Notes: generated by a model not told the origin, from the sequence alone. DNA of 64,000 bases from Balanoglossus misakiensis (GCA_040954595.2 CM082582.2:3890303-3954302), one strand, 5' to 3'. Shown: positions 39,766 through 54,321, counted from the first letter of the stretch. Made by a program: numbers and translations.

Positions 39766-41265
39766 AGTTGCACACGATAATCACCATAGTCATCAGGGCA
39801 AAACTTGTTTTCATACATCCATTGTACACCTGTTAGAAGAGGAGGAATTGACCAATCAAAAGCAACGAAACTACTGCGCATCACTCTTAACCTTTATGAC
39901 GGCCATTTTATATACGTCACGCAATCAAGGCCAGGTGTTTAATACGTATGAGTTGTCATTGAATTTTTCAGTGGTTGTGTGTTATTTACTGTTTGTTTGT
40001 TTGTTAGTTAGTTAGTTTTTTTGTTTGTTAATTTATGTTTTGAATTTAATGAGGCGCAATTTTAAAGAAAATCGATTTACAAAGAAACGTTAGGGTTTTT
40101 GATTTGACATCTCTTGGAAGAGAAAAAAAACATCTTTACAGTCTTATGCCTCGTTATTCTGCACAATATTATACTCATAACATTCCGCTTGGGTTCTTGC
40201 GCTCCACGAATTCCAACAGCGTGACTCAGGATGTCAAGCTGCAGCATTCCTTTGTTGAATCACAGAAGTTTTTTTGTGGCGAGGGATTACAATGTTATTT
40301 TCCGAAGATGAACAGCTGTGCAATAACTGTTGCTCATCTCAACCAGTTTTGACCTAATTATATATGCATGACTAACTAATTTCGTTGAACTTTGTCACTG
40401 TTGACGTCAACGCCATTGCAATAAACACCAGTGTAATGACGTCTACTGCACTCCTAAACTGTAAAATAAACGCAGAAGCATTTAGGTTGACTGTGCATGC
40501 ATTATTCATGATTGGCTGACGTGAAGGCGGTGTAAGGACCCGGACACACATTCGCTCATTACCTTTGGGTAGATAAGCCGGAGTCTTCCATGGTAACAAG
40601 CGACTGTGTCCGGACAGAATTAACATGTGAAGAGTTTCTCGCTTTTCAAAAGTCCGGGTGCATCTATATGAACAATAATTAAAATCCCCGTGCATCTTCA
40701 CGCCCTTTATTTATGATCACAAAATAAGTTTGGATTTGGGAACGGCGGCTACTTTTGGAAGGCCTGATTTGTTTGCACATGCAGTCTTCCACAGGACCAA
40801 AAAGGCATCTAATTTGTGTTGGCATAGCTGGCTTGCGTCTGTCTGCTGTTATGACCATGGTAATCCTTCATACATTGACTCAACCTTGGCGACCAAAAGC
40901 AAAAAAAAAGAGAGACAGAAACTATGTAATGGCGCTGATTGTCTAACTTTATTCTATCCCTTTTTATTTATGTTTCATTTCATCAATAATCATAATTACT
41001 GTAATCAAAATAAACAGAGCCAGGAATGTGTAAATTTTAAGGGTTTAATAAAAATTATGAGCAAACGAAGAAAACGTTTGGAGGTGAACGATTGGATTTA
41101 CTCCACACATGATTGATGGCGCTGTAAGTGTGAACGTGCACTACTGTGCAAAAGTTCGACGATGCTAGAAATGAATGGGACTAGTATTTCGTGTATAGGT
41201 GCAGAGTGGAGCAGATGCTAAAATGCGCTTAAAAACGACTTATGCGGCAAAATGTTAACTGCACT

Positions 41266-41364
41266 TTAGCCCTTTTACCACCATGGTTTGTCCCAAATCC
41301 ATTGTTTTCTATGGTAAAGTTGGACCTCTACAGAGGGAGGGGGGGGGGTGTGTGAAAGGGTTAA
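41266..41364 (+). mobile_element. ~95-bp TTAA-MITE family A (piggyBac-like)
   Basis: TTAG|CCCTTTTACCACCATGG...GTGAAAGGG|TTAA. Confidence 0.75.
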
Positions 41365-43152
41365 ACTTTGTTAAACTGGCAGGTTCGTCGCTCGAGGGCG
41401 CCCTCTGAAAGGAGCGCTCGTGAGGATAAACCAATTTCTGTCTTTGTCCATGCATGAATCGCGCCTTTTTAATAAATAGCTGGCTATATATGAACATAAA
41501 ATCCAGCACCACTTTGATGTTCTTTGTTTTCGGTCATACAAATCACGCATGCATCGACTGTAAACAGCATCCGAAGTCAGTCATACTGCAGCGCCTTTAT
41601 CATTGCTGAATTTAAAAAGGCTGCTGCTAAATGTTAACTCTAAAAATTAAACTAAAAGTGCCAAAGTATCGGTGCAGAAATACGTCGAGGATAAGATTAT
41701 CAGCATCTGCTGCTCAGAATATTACTCGACCGACAGGTCGGGAGTGTTTCTGCACTAGTCATGTCGGTGGAAAATTTTGAATGGAAAAGGTAGTTTTTTC
41801 GGCCTTTTATAATTAAATGAAATATTCAGGGACTAATGATAGAAAAACATTTGACACACACGCGCGTATTGAAGGGACTTGCAACTACAAAAGTTCTGCC
41901 GTCGGACACTGTACCGGAAATCAACAGGTCGCTGATGTGTGGAGATTTCAAATCATTATGCGCTTGTAACGGTAGAGATAGCCATGCACAGAAGGTATGT
42001 GGAGAACCCCATGGAGAGAGACCATGCATGTGAAATGTGCCATACATAATATCTTGCCGGGCGTTGACCCCGAAAACATTTTGAGTCCTCCGATCCCTTT
42101 CCGTTCTCAGTGATGGATTCGTATACTTATCCTTTTTGCATGAAGCATACAACCCCTTACATATCTTCATTACGTTTATACGTTTAATTTTGAGTAAACT
42201 GGGACAGTTATCTCGCTGTCAGCTGCTCCATGCTATACGGACACCGTCGAATTAAGTTTGGTGCGTTGTAGTAAAAAGAAGTGTATAGAACTGTAAGCAA
42301 ACACACCGGCGCCCCGTACGCAAATTTAATCGCAGGCATGATTTCATGTCAATCCTTGCTAATATCCGCCGCAAATGTTACGTAACGACTAAACAGGAAC
42401 ATATACGGCTTCCGGTATAACTCATACCCCAGCATGGTCGAAAAAACTCGCAACTTGAAGGCACACTACTATTCAAATATTACAAGGCGCGTTAAAAAAG
42501 TTAAAAAAAGATCAATTGCATGAGCGAAAGCACTTACTTTACGTGAAGTTTATCTATGAAACCCAAGCGAAAAAATTATAAGTGTATCTAAAATAGAATG
42601 TGTTGGCGAAAAATGGTTATTATGAGCCATTTGTACGTCTGACTGCTCTGTGCGCAAAAGTAATAATATTACATGTATCAGTGGATGTTCTGTCAAGTTT
42701 GATCTATGGAAAAAAAGCGCTTCCGATCGATGGTTAGCACGTGTTCATATAAAGACGCTTAGACTAATTCAATCTGTATGTATCATATATAATATAAAAA
42801 TGTGGTGTAGAAATCTGTTTGTATTCTTTTCTTTGATAAAATAAAGTTTTCATAGTTTTTACAAAACTTTTCCAGAGGGCGCATCACCTGTGAGATTTAC
42901 GTGAAATTCATGCGCGTAGTATGAAACAAGTAAAAACTTGGCCGACTTAAAAAAAAAAGAAACCACAGACAAGTTCTGGATTGCATTTTAATACAGTAGA
43001 CCAGGAACCTAGGTCAAATTTGTATATATTCAAGGTCGTTGCTAGCAGTAACAGTAAAATATGCAAAGTATGCATACTAATTATATGGCGGACGCTTACT
43101 AAGCCACCTGAGTGAGCTGAAAGTCTAGCCATCATTCATTGGGCGAACCAAG

Positions 43153-43566
43153 ATGGCGACCGGTACCTTTACGTGCCGCGTACAGTTTTTGGACGATACA
43201 GACCCCTTTTCGAGCACAAATTTCCCAGAACCAAGCCGGCCGCCGTTCTTTACATTCAATGAATATGCACCACTGAGCGACCAAATCGGTTTGGTCCATA
43301 ATTTGCTAAAGGCACCTCACCAGGTAGGTAGGCGGGTGTACTGGTGGCCGGAGTCATAGGTGTCACTCAGTAGAAATGTGTTTTCAAATAAGTATTACGC
43401 CTGCCAGTTTTGGTACGGCTTCACAACATTGATTCTAATAATCATTGCAACCTTTCCGCCAACAGATTGAAGATTGTGCTATTCAGCTATCGCATACAGG
43501 ATCGTACTTGGACTTAGACTCTTCGTTAGAAGAGCAACATGATGAACTTGAAGGATTCAACCGAGA
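43153..43566 (+). CDS. FHOD3: FH1/FH2 domain-containing formin FHOD1/3 (Fhos), coding exons 1-2; the gene continues beyond the window
   Basis: Exon 1 43153-43323: MATGTFTCRVQFLDDTDPFSSTNFPEPSRPPFFTFNEYAPLSDQIGLVHNLLKAPHQ. Exon 2 43466-43566: IEDCAIQLSHTGSYLDLDSSLEEQHDELEGFNR. Matches the FHOD N-terminal GBD_N domain (CRVQFLDDTDPF..TNFPEPSRPP; QLSH.G.YLDL). The expected next exon (ILRTQLSVRVH-like) was not found before 64000. Confidence 0.93.
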
Positions 43567-46500
43567 GTAAGTGTCAACCTCTGAACTACATCTATCCTGA
43601 TATTGATTGTGTTAAATTTTAAAACCCTGCAGCGCGCGTCATCTATTCCCCGACAGCCGTTTAATACAATTTACAAACACGAGTTTTCGCCTGTCGGTTC
43701 CATTCAGTTCTGCAAATATGAAATCGAAGGGCAGACCCGCCGCATATTTTCACAAAGGTTATATGTCAACTCTGTTTGCACTTCAGACGAAAACATGCAA
43801 TGGTGTTACGAACCCAGCTGGCCGTTCGAGTTCACGGATGCATAGGTAAGTGAACTTCTCACAGCAGAACAGTCCTAATTTTCTGTGGCATTGTTTTGCT
43901 GAGCTTAGAGCAATAAAAAGAGGATGCTTGTATATCATGATCGAAGATTACAAACATTCCACTCTACCTGTAAATTAAAGAGACATTAGCTGTAATTTTT
44001 GCCTGGTATTGTGTACCAAATGCAATGTCTTGTTCTACTCCAAACAGCATGCTGATATTCTCAGTACTCCACTTGTCAGCATACATGTAGCCTGTATGTG
44101 TGTAACGGCCATTGTTATTGTTGACAAACGAATTTCTAGTCTGGACTTGAATTCAAATTTGACACAATAACAACGGTGACTACACATGTACAAGTATATG
44201 CTATGTTGATTAGCTAAATGCTGGAAAGGAATTTGAACAAGAAACTGCAGTATATACACAAAATAAAAATGCTTAAAACATGGCGAAAAGATACCGCTAA
44301 TGGAGCTTTAAAGTTTAAATGAAGTGCACTGTGGGCTTGGTTTACAACTCATCATTTATATCATCAAACTACTTGATAATGCTATCAGCTGTCAACATAC
44401 TACAGGCAAGTTGCATATATGAGAATGTTTTATTGTCTATGGAAGGGATATAGGAGTTCATAAAGTGGTAATAGCCACAACTGGTCTGTACATTGAAGCA
44501 GTTACTCGAACAAAAATAAAAACGCCAACAAAGTATTTGTCGAATGTCAGACTTGAAGTTAAAGCTGTGTGTAATGGCAATGAAAAGTTTTTATTGTGCT
44601 GCATCTTATAATTTGTGATGGCTACACATTAATAGAGTCCTGACTCTGTGTGTCCTGTTCAATCAACTTTCAAGCCAACATGTTTAATTTTCTCTGTATA
44701 AAGTATAAACAGTTCACGGCTCAATTCATTGTTTGAAATCTGTCATGTGTTGAAAACTGTACATTGACATTGTATATTCTACCAATAAGCCGTGTACTTT
44801 GCTGTTTGTGCTCTGAAAAGTTGAGGTGTCATGAGACATGTTGATGTCAATTATAAATATGACGATGAAATGACAGAATATTATGCTTTGTGGTTACACA
44901 ATGAAGTTTGTTTATTGCATTGGTCGTCTGAAGGTGTGAACCTCGGCATGTTTAGAATTTTGACATCAAGGTGAAATGAGAAGTTAAAAATAGTCTGGGA
45001 GGGAGTGGTTCTGTAACTGGCTGTGGATTTGCATTGTCTGTGATGATTCACCACACAGCTGTTTGTCAGATTTAGACGTATTTAATTTTGTTAACTTCAT
45101 AGATAACTGTTATTGTACGGAACATTGTTTGCGGGCCAGACTTTTTCAGGAGACCAAAATGAACAATGACATGCTTGAAAGTGGTATACCTGTAGAGTGG
45201 TTTGGACAGTCTTTGTGTCAATCTCAAGGTCGCCACCTTACATGTGTATGGTGTTTCCTCAGCTTTACCTTTTACAAAATGGACAGCATTGAAAAAGCTT
45301 CTATAGTAATGTGCACACTATAGTAATAACTTATATCCTAAATACTGGTGTATATAGAATGTGTGTTAAAAGTAAGAAAATCACCTGCCCACTTTGGCTG
45401 TGTTTTGACAAATTTTATGGCTTCTGTCAGTGATTTGCAACGAAACAATAGTGTATTTTTACTACCTGTGAACGTGGAAACCTGCCCTGTACTCAGTTAT
45501 CCACAACAACATTGACCAAGGTAATGTGAGACGTACAGTAGAGCACATACCTTTAAAACATTTGCTAACAAGGTATCCACTTGTTAAATTCTGGCAGTCA
45601 TTTATTAGTGAAATTGCTTCAGTGTTATTACTGTGTCTGATAGCACTTATGGCTGTAGACTAATTAACATGACCAAATAGTGATTAATTTTATCTTGGTA
45701 ATCTATTTTATGAGTCATTTCACTCATTTGAAGGATTGAGTGAAATCATGCTCAAACTGAATGGAATGTTGGGGATTTTTACACACAGGATATAATGGAT
45801 TGGTGTCAAAACCTGATATCAGTTGTAATCATTAATCAAATATAGTTTTATATTTTTGGACCCGGAGGTGATACAATATTAGGTGTTTCCTAGTGATTAT
45901 TATAGGAAGTATTGTTCAGACAATACATGTATAGAGAATGTACGTGTCTTGTGTCTAAATTGTCCTGGTGACAGTTACTGACTTCAGTGCTGGAAGAACT
46001 GATTTGTTGATAAACTATTAACTTTTGTAAGATGTAACAAAATATGAAATCCAATTCTTAAGTTAAAATTGTAAACATTCCTTCATTTGGTCATAAATTT
46101 GAGTATTGTTGATGAAGAATATGGTCAACTTAACCTTTCTAGTAGATTGTGGAAACGAAACCGGTCTAGTAAGTGAATATGACTACCTGAACCCATTGTC
46201 CAATGTGATAGATTCTTGCTACCTTTTCAAGCTTGAGTTTCTGGTAACATTTACATGTGTACCCAAATATTCCCCTATATACATGGGTTTATTGATTTTA
46301 GTTATGTTGCAATGCATGACCCATCATTACTTCAGCTTCCAAATCTGGCATCTGGAATTTGTGCCCACCATATGAGATCTTTATCACTCACCTGAGCAGC
46401 AAAAACCTATTTAAAGTTGTGAGAATTCATTGGTTTTCAATTATAATCACATTAAGACGTAAAAAATAAACAGGATATTGTTTGTGTGGTATTTGGGTTG

Positions 46501-47209
46501 TAATCTTGGTGATTTATGAAATGACTAATGCAGTGTCCACTTGTGAAATATTTGTCACATGAAATTGGTCACAGGAAATCATTATCTAACACTTGTGTTA
46601 AACTTTGAAAAGTGGTAGAGTTCATTAAAATGGAGTTGCTTGTTATATCTCTTGAAAATCCTTGACCCATATGAATGGAGATGGAGTTTAGCTATTTTGC
46701 TCTTGGCTATCATCTCATGTTCCTTGTGTAAAACATAGAACCTCATGATTCGGTCACCAAAAATTCAGCTACCAGCAAATATAGAAACGGACACTTCAGT
46801 ACCACTTTGTTGTACTTTTGAGGTCATTTCATTTATACGAATTATTCTTTCTTGTCTATTTCTGCCTTAAAAGTAAAACCTCTGAAAAAATTGTGTTATC
46901 ATTGATTGTCGTATTTGAAGGTGTAAAGTATTTTACCTTTACTGATGGCATATATGTCAATGGAGGGGTTGTTAGGTCAGAGGTCAGAACAAAGGTAGCT
47001 GCCGAGAGCAACACACAAGGGATGTAACATTTGAAAGTTTGTCTTTCCCACGCTTGATTTGATTGAATGGTGAATGTATCTACAGAGAAGAATTTGATCT
47101 CTTTTACTTAGTCCAATGTAGCACATTTTTTCCTGTTTTGAGGTAGCAATCACCATATAAGTTTACATAGCGGTCAGTTAACAAATAGAAGCAGTCAAGG
47201 TTAGGCTCC

Positions 47210-47460
47210 TTAAAACCTTTCACCCATTTCCCCTTCATAAAAGGTGGTATTTCATCTAGGGTGGCATCTACATGTACAGGTGGATCAATTGCATCTAAAC
47301 CTAGCAGATCCCCCCCCTCTCCCGACAAACTGCTGGGGGGTGCCAACATGTGTCAACAGAAGATGAATCTGACATTGATATGAAACACTGTAGAGGTCCA
47401 ACTTCACCATGGAAAGAGTGGATTTGGGCCACAATATGTTAAACCACATTGATGAAGGGA
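47210..47460 (-). mobile_element. Interrupted, degenerate copy of TTAA-MITE family A
   Basis: TTAAAACCTTTCACCCATTTCCC, then ~150 bp of extra sequence, then TGTAGAGGTCCAACTTCACCATGGAAA..GGATTTGG..GATGAAGGG. Confidence 0.5.
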
Positions 47461-47689
47461 CAGCCAAGACAATGCTTTCGTAATTTTGTGGTGTTGTAAA
47501 GGTTTTCGGTTCATATCGAGAGATGGAATTCAAACTCGGTAGTCATTGAAAATGCTTGTATAGAACGCAGCCAGTGTTACTTTCATATACTGTTTCCTTC
47601 TTGTGAGACATTCCATTACTATTTCCAGTGTTTAGTTACACTTATGACAGTGTTATAAATATAGAACAGTAATTAGATTTCAACAGTGT

Positions 47690-49511
47690 CAGTCAGATCG
47701 CACGGTGCTCATTTGCATATGAAAGTTCGTCAAGCCAGCGACCGTTAATTTTCAAACAGACGGCAATAGGCCAGTTTTCAAGGTGATTTTCAACTTGATT
47801 TTTACACTCCGTGGTACAATAAAATACCATGCTAGCTCGATAAATTTCGAAAGTGATTCCTATTTTGCACTGCAGACGTAAATTTTATGAGAATCTGTCG
47901 GTAATAGTAGTAGTTTTTAGCGTGTTTTCGGTGGTATGTTGGTGACCTCGGAAGAGACGTCCACAAACGTGCCAAAAAACATTTGAAGACGACCTCGGAA
48001 GTTAACCAAGTTTTCGTGACAGATAGGTCTAATATCGGTCCCAACATCCGTGAAAAGAAATTAACTCGAAATGCTTGTGTAACGGTCAGCTTAAAAATAA
48101 TCGATGTAGTTCGACGATATGACCCGGAAGTATAGGCCCTACGTTGACCTCTCCATGTTAGGCTTGTAAATACGGAAGTGTTGCGTTGCTCGTGAAACGA
48201 CACGTTTATCGTGGGGAAAACAGTTTCTAAAAGACACTTGTCAAGTAAAAGTTACCTGATAGTGTATAACACTCTAAGGTAACATATCAGCCAAGTTTTA
48301 ACTTAATTACTGGCCTGATTTCGACACAACATCGATCAATCGCACGAGTGCCGCGCCCGGGTGCTCCACGCCGTTCGCCTACATTGGGCTACAAACAAAT
48401 ATTTGATTACCCATGCACAGAATGCCAGGTTTACCGTTCGTGAGGAGCTCAGCTGACGTATTTTGTATATTTTTTTTCTCCGCATCGTGGGATATAAGTA
48501 GACTTTTCGAAAATGCCAAGTGTAACTTTGAAACCACTTCCCTTTATTCGCCGATGATATATGCAATAAATACAACATTTGTGTCTGAAGGCGAGCGATT
48601 TGTCATCATTGCATTGGGTCGATAAATAATAATAATAGTAATTTATTTATTAAACAGTGTTCAAAATACTACTACAAAATACAGGATAAAGAGTTAAAAA
48701 TACAACAAAATACAGAATAAATTGTCAACTCAGACAGCTAAAATAAAACAGTCAACTGCAACACCACCACCACAAAAATCAGTCTTCATCAATCTGAAAG
48801 AACAATAAAATTTAAAAAGTGAGTTTCCTTGAAGGGCAAACCTTCATAAAATAATTGTTAGGGTTTAGTAAAACTCGGGATTACATATCAGCAATCAAAA
48901 TTTCTTCGCACGAGAGAGGAGGGAAAACTACGCAGCTGGTACAACCCAGGATCAAGCCTGCGCCAGCGTATATACGTACACATGCATGCTGTCTTCTCCC
49001 GCCATTTTGCAGAAGAAGTGGCGCTCACGGGTTGAAAAGTAAACAAAATGGCGCTCACAGGTTGAAAGGTAAACAAAATTGAACTGGTCATATCGTCACT
49101 ATCAAAGCTTGGAAGTGAATGAAAACTCAAAGAGAGGGAGTTTGATGTCTATATTTTGATAAAAGTTTGAAATTTCGTGGTAAAATCCATGTGTAACGGT
49201 CAGCTTAAAAATAATCGAGAGGATGTCAACGCTATGTGTTTTTTCACAGTCGTCAGAAATTTCGTGATTACAAAGAAACTACTCGACAGAAGTTGCCAAA
49301 AAATCATTCAGTAACAATCCAGTATACCTACCTTCAAGTGAATCCACGGTTTTGTCTTAAAATAATCCACATCGCCTGAAAACAGCTCTATAATATCGAG
49401 TAAAAAAATGGCCTATTTCGCGACCCTTCAGCGGGGCCCACTCTAACGGCTACATGGTTTGAAGTACTTTCTTCATTTGCATATGTTAATGAATGCCGTG
49501 CGATCTGACTG
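47690..49511. mobile_element. 1.8-kb non-autonomous DNA transposon with CAG..CTG ends and 4-bp TSD (superfamily unassigned)
   Basis: GTGT|CAGTCAGATCGCACGG ... CCGTGCGATCTGACTG|GTGT: 16-bp perfect TIR extending imperfectly. CpG-rich relative to the host intron. Internal direct repeat TGTGTAACGGTCAGCTTAAAAATAATCGA at ~48076 and ~49190. Confidence 0.8.
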
Positions 49512-52368
49512 GTGTGTGCATAATTGAAGTTGTACACTGGCATCACTACTCTAGTCTGCCATGCTTCATACATGCATCCTCTTAGTGTTCCTCCACATTA
49601 CTGGGCTTAAAAAAATGCTGTTCAGTTTTTAATAAACACCTTGATAACCAAACTTACCCATTTAACTGTTTTACACATTTTCAGTCCGCAAACACGCTGT
49701 CTGACCTTCCTGTTAAACAAATGTCTGACAGGTATAAGGAACTTTCATCCCAGAGTCATTCTGTAACGTTATCAGTATGTATGATGACTAAATGGTTACT
49801 TGCTTTGTAAAAGGTACCTGTCTATGCTTTCTTGATGCCCTACATTGTACGTTGAGCCCAATTCTTTATTTATTCTTTGCTAGTAGATGAAATTGTATCG
49901 GACTAATCACTATGTACCAAGATTGCTCAAAGGGCCATTTTTCTTTCTGAGTACACTCCGGGCCCGGTACACAAGTTCAACAAGTTCCAGTCTCTCTTGA
50001 TATGTAAGATGAAATGGTTTAATCCCGTTGTTTTCAATGAGGAACAATGTATGGTTGGATCCAAATTACAAGGAAATGGGGGTGTACAGGTTATTACATG
50101 TAGATAACATGTACATCTCAGTATGCCCTATTACGGTGAACCTATCTACCTTTAGAATATCATACAGATTATCAACATTCCACACATGACAGGTAGTATG
50201 CTATGGGACAAAGTACTGCATACTTCTAGGGTGTGAGTCTGTTATGATAGACTGATCTATCTATTAAAAGTTGGTTACCAATGATTCAGTCAACTTTGTA
50301 CACATAGATGACATGTAAAAATCTGATAAACAATTTGTTTGTGTGGAATTCCTGTTTTCTGGCATTCTTGGTTGGTTTGGTGTACAAGGTTTGGTCTGAC
50401 TCAATCAAAAATACTTGTGCGTATGTGGCTTCATGACTATGCTGGATCTGGTAAACATCATCAAAGTTTTTGGTATTTCCCTGCTGTTCTATTGTCACCA
50501 CATTATCGGACATTCTGATCTTATATAAATGGCATCTGATAACTTTCATACCTGCAGTTTGACATCAGCGTAATCAAAACAGGAAGCCACGGGTGTTCAA
50601 CTGTGTTGGTGCTCAGCCTTGGAGTCCATCAAAAGTATATCAATTTAGCCTTGGCAATCTGTAGCAGTCCTACATGTATTTCTTGTGACACAGACAATGA
50701 GACAGAATCAGAACTGAAAAGGATAAAATTGTGAAATTTCACCAATCATTTTAAACTAAAGGCTTTTCCTCAATGTTAACCTCATGTTATCAGCTGTGTA
50801 TTATAAGCTACATATTCTCTGAAAATAATATTTTGGGTCCAAGAAAATTCATCAAGTTGTATGTTGATTTTGTTCTGAAAGTGTGTGTAACATCATTCAT
50901 CATCCATCACAGTGATGAAAACTTCTTCATATATACCAAGAAGTAGTAGTGTTTGTGACTTAATAATAATTATTTAACATTCAGATAAGTTTTAATATTT
51001 ATTTTTCTGTAATGAATGATGATAATCAACTTGTGATGGCAACCTAGTCTTATGGAGATTGCAGTCATGCATCTTGTTTTTGTTAAGGGCGGTACCCAGG
51101 TAAATGTTACCGGGGTTCCCAAGTCATTTACCAGTGTTCTCAAGCCTTAGCAAAAACACTGGATTGGATGGGGTCATCACAGGTAATGTTAATATGGTTA
51201 CATAATTCATACCAAACACTAGTCATAATATTTTTGTGTATCTCACTGTTTATATACAGCATGTACTAGTAGATATAGTTTAGGAAAGTCTTCAGCATGG
51301 TACATGTATATCATGAATTTGGTTAACCTTAGCAGAGGGCATTTAAAGGTTCAAATAGGTAGAAATTTAAAAATACGTTTCACATTAGTGCATTGTGTAT
51401 TAGTGAAAGTGTTTGGTAAAATGACCAAATATGGGAAGATAGGTCAGTGTCCATTGCCAGCCTGACCCAGCATGTACCATTGACAAAATCAGTGTGTTTG
51501 GGATTACAGGCCTTGTACATAGTATGCAGTAACCTGTGTTTGTATTGTGTCTGCCAAATACAGAGTATTTACTCATTGTGTTATACACATATCTAAATTT
51601 ACATTATACGACATTTAACCTTGTGTATCTTCGGAAAGGGGTTGTTACTCAGTGTCTTGTGGATATGAAGAAGTAGAGACAAAGTCAGCGTTCTCCCCAG
51701 AGCCCTTAATTAAATATGGATAAAGCATGGTGGCCATGGTTGTGTAATTTTGGTTTCAGCCACCACAAAATGCTCAACAAATCATAAAGGATACTACATT
51801 GTGTAATCAACATACAGGAATATCATCAGCATGTGTAATATTAGAACCCTGGACAACATACCAGTGCTATTTATATCTGATGTGACAATTTGACATATAT
51901 TTAACTCGTACATGAGTTAATTTTCTTTACAATCGCATACGTGTATTTTTCATACAGAAATATGTAATAAGTGAGCTGATGCAATGTAAAAAGAGCAATT
52001 ATACATTATTAATCTAAATATTCCGTAAGGATATGAAATGATAACTGATCATTTAACCAATCCAAGTGTTATCAGATATTAATAACCGGTCCATGAAGTA
52101 AAAGTATGTAACCAGCGTGAGAGTTAAACATATCCTCTGTTACTTGTTACTTACTCCTGAATTATTATGATCCATATGTCATACATTGAGTTAGAACATA
52201 CATGTATAAGTTGCAATACTTGAATCTGATGTAATGTGTCTGCATTGCTGTTTAAGGCCGGCGTAAATTGTGTTATGTGAACTGCATTTGTCTCCACAGC
52301 TGATTTTAATCTGATATGATGTATCTATCATCCATACTGTACATGATGGGGTTTCATGATTTTCTGTA

Positions 52369-52523
52369 CAGTGAAACCTGTCATTACGGACACCTCTCTA
52401 ATCAGGACACCTCTCTATTAAGGACAGATTTTTCAAAACAAAAGTCACTGTTTGAATAGAAGATTACCTGTCTATTAAGGACACCTCTCTATTGAGGGCA
52501 TATTTTCCAGATAGGTTTCACTG
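52369..52523 (+). mobile_element. pogo/Tc1-type MITE family B (155 bp)
   Basis: TA|CAGTGAAACCT ... AGGTTTCACTG|TA with internal GGACACCTCTCTA repeats. Confidence 0.85.
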
Positions 52524-53429
52524 TATATAGAGTTCACATGCATGGAAATTTAGGCTACATAGAAGTACAGTTGCCTCTTATCACTGATAGTGACTGAGTG
52601 ATAGTTACATAGAGAGAGAAACTGACATTTGCCGACTGATATGCAAGTAAGGTGGACATGTGTGTGTAGTGACAATGCTTACTGGTGACCATGGAGTTTA
52701 GCAATGTGCTGCAGTCAAAACTTGAAACTAGTGTCGGGGATTACCAAGATACGTACATTCTTAAATTAATTAAGTGAAAACTCTTTAAACTCTGTAACTT
52801 TGACCAGTATCTTAGGACATACATGTACCTGTGTGTATCATTCAGTATTTTTCTGCACTTTAATTTTTTTATCAATGATATTTAACCACAGACAGACCAT
52901 ATATATAAAATTTAGCAAGCTGGAGAGCTGCCATTCAGCATGGTACAGGGAATTAAAATTGATAGGGATACAAGTAGCGTAGTCAGAGAACAGAATTAAA
53001 ATACAGGTATTATTAAATTACTCGGTCATGTATCGTTATTGGGTTCATGAAATAGAATTATATAGCTCAGTGAAGTGTGTTATAAAATCGCCAATTTCGT
53101 AAATACACACTATAATTTTATTTCCGTCCCCCAGGGAAATAACTTTGCATGTACCTTAATTAATTGACCACTCACAATTTCTGTATCTGCCTATTGTATT
53201 TTACATACTAGTCCCCTACAAAATTCTCTGTATGTGATGAAGTTGAAATTCAATCAAAACTCAATCCCTAGTAAAGTCTAGTATGACTAATTTCATAAAA
53301 CAAAAACATTTGGTTTTGATATTATTTTATGCATCTTTGCCACATTTTTGTGGATCTTTCCATGAAAGAAATAAAACGCACTGGTAGAAAATTAGAAAAT
53401 TTTCGCAAACAACTACATTGTATTATCAA

Positions 53430-53860
53430 GTAGAGTCAACATGAATCTCCCCATCCAAAATGGATGAGGGATGTTTACAATCTATATTGTTGATGTTGTC
53501 TCATAAAATAATTCTGTAGTTCAAGTACATGACCACCTGTAGGAATCTAACCATTGTGAGGTGATATTGGGTGTTATCTTTGAGCTGATTATCTTTGGTG
53601 ATAAAATGAATGATAAAGGGTGATGGCAGTGTGGCTGATGGTGTTGAGAGCTAGTGCATAGGAGATCGGTGATAATCAGGGGTTCCCAACAGGAATGATA
53701 AATCGTATATTGAACTGGTCTTCTCATCACAAGGACACAGCCACTTGATCAAAGGTAGCTGTGGTTCCAATTTCGTCAGCAGAATGATGGCCACATTGCC
53801 ACCGCTGCGACCTGCTGAATGAGAGACTACAGTATATCTTTGAAGTGTAGGGTTTCTCTC
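53430..53860 (-). mobile_element. Decayed LINE (CR1/L2-like) APE endonuclease fragment
   Basis: Minus-strand translation gives LQRYTVVSHSAGRSGGNVAIILLTKL (compare GY..R.DR.GRRGGGVAIY), YHRSP (compare YRPP) and, in another frame, SILDGEIHVDS (compare IILGDFNVD). Interrupted by stops and frameshifts. Confidence 0.4.
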
Positions 53861-54321
53861 GGTCGCTGTGGATATGGGCTTGGGTTACCCTGTATTTCCC
53901 AACTCCGGGCAGTACCTGTTGACTCCAAATCTTACATGTGGCTGTGTATGGTGAATGGCTCGGGTGGTGTACTCGTTGAGGTCAATGTACAGCAGCTTCC
54001 TCATTGAACTTGACTGAGATTCTGTGCAAGAAGATTTTCTGGATCTATCCATCTGTCCCATCTGCGTAGACAATGACAATGGTACCAGCCTATGTGACAC
54101 ATCCGGGTATGGTAGCTTAAGCCCTCATTCATTTCACTGTAAAAGTGTTGGTACGGTTCGGATAGAGATGGGTCTGGTTTATTACCAGTACATGTATGCA
54201 TGCTGCTCTATGATGAATGCAACATACATGTAGCCATCTTCATTTCATCTCTTTTGCTTATTCAGCAAGACTGCAACTGTACATTTGACTATCAATTTGC
54301 CAGTTTTGATTAACATATATA

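Noticed and set aside
39683-40015. ORF with (HHITS)n repeats
   Set aside because: Translation of the (ATCAC)n microsatellite.
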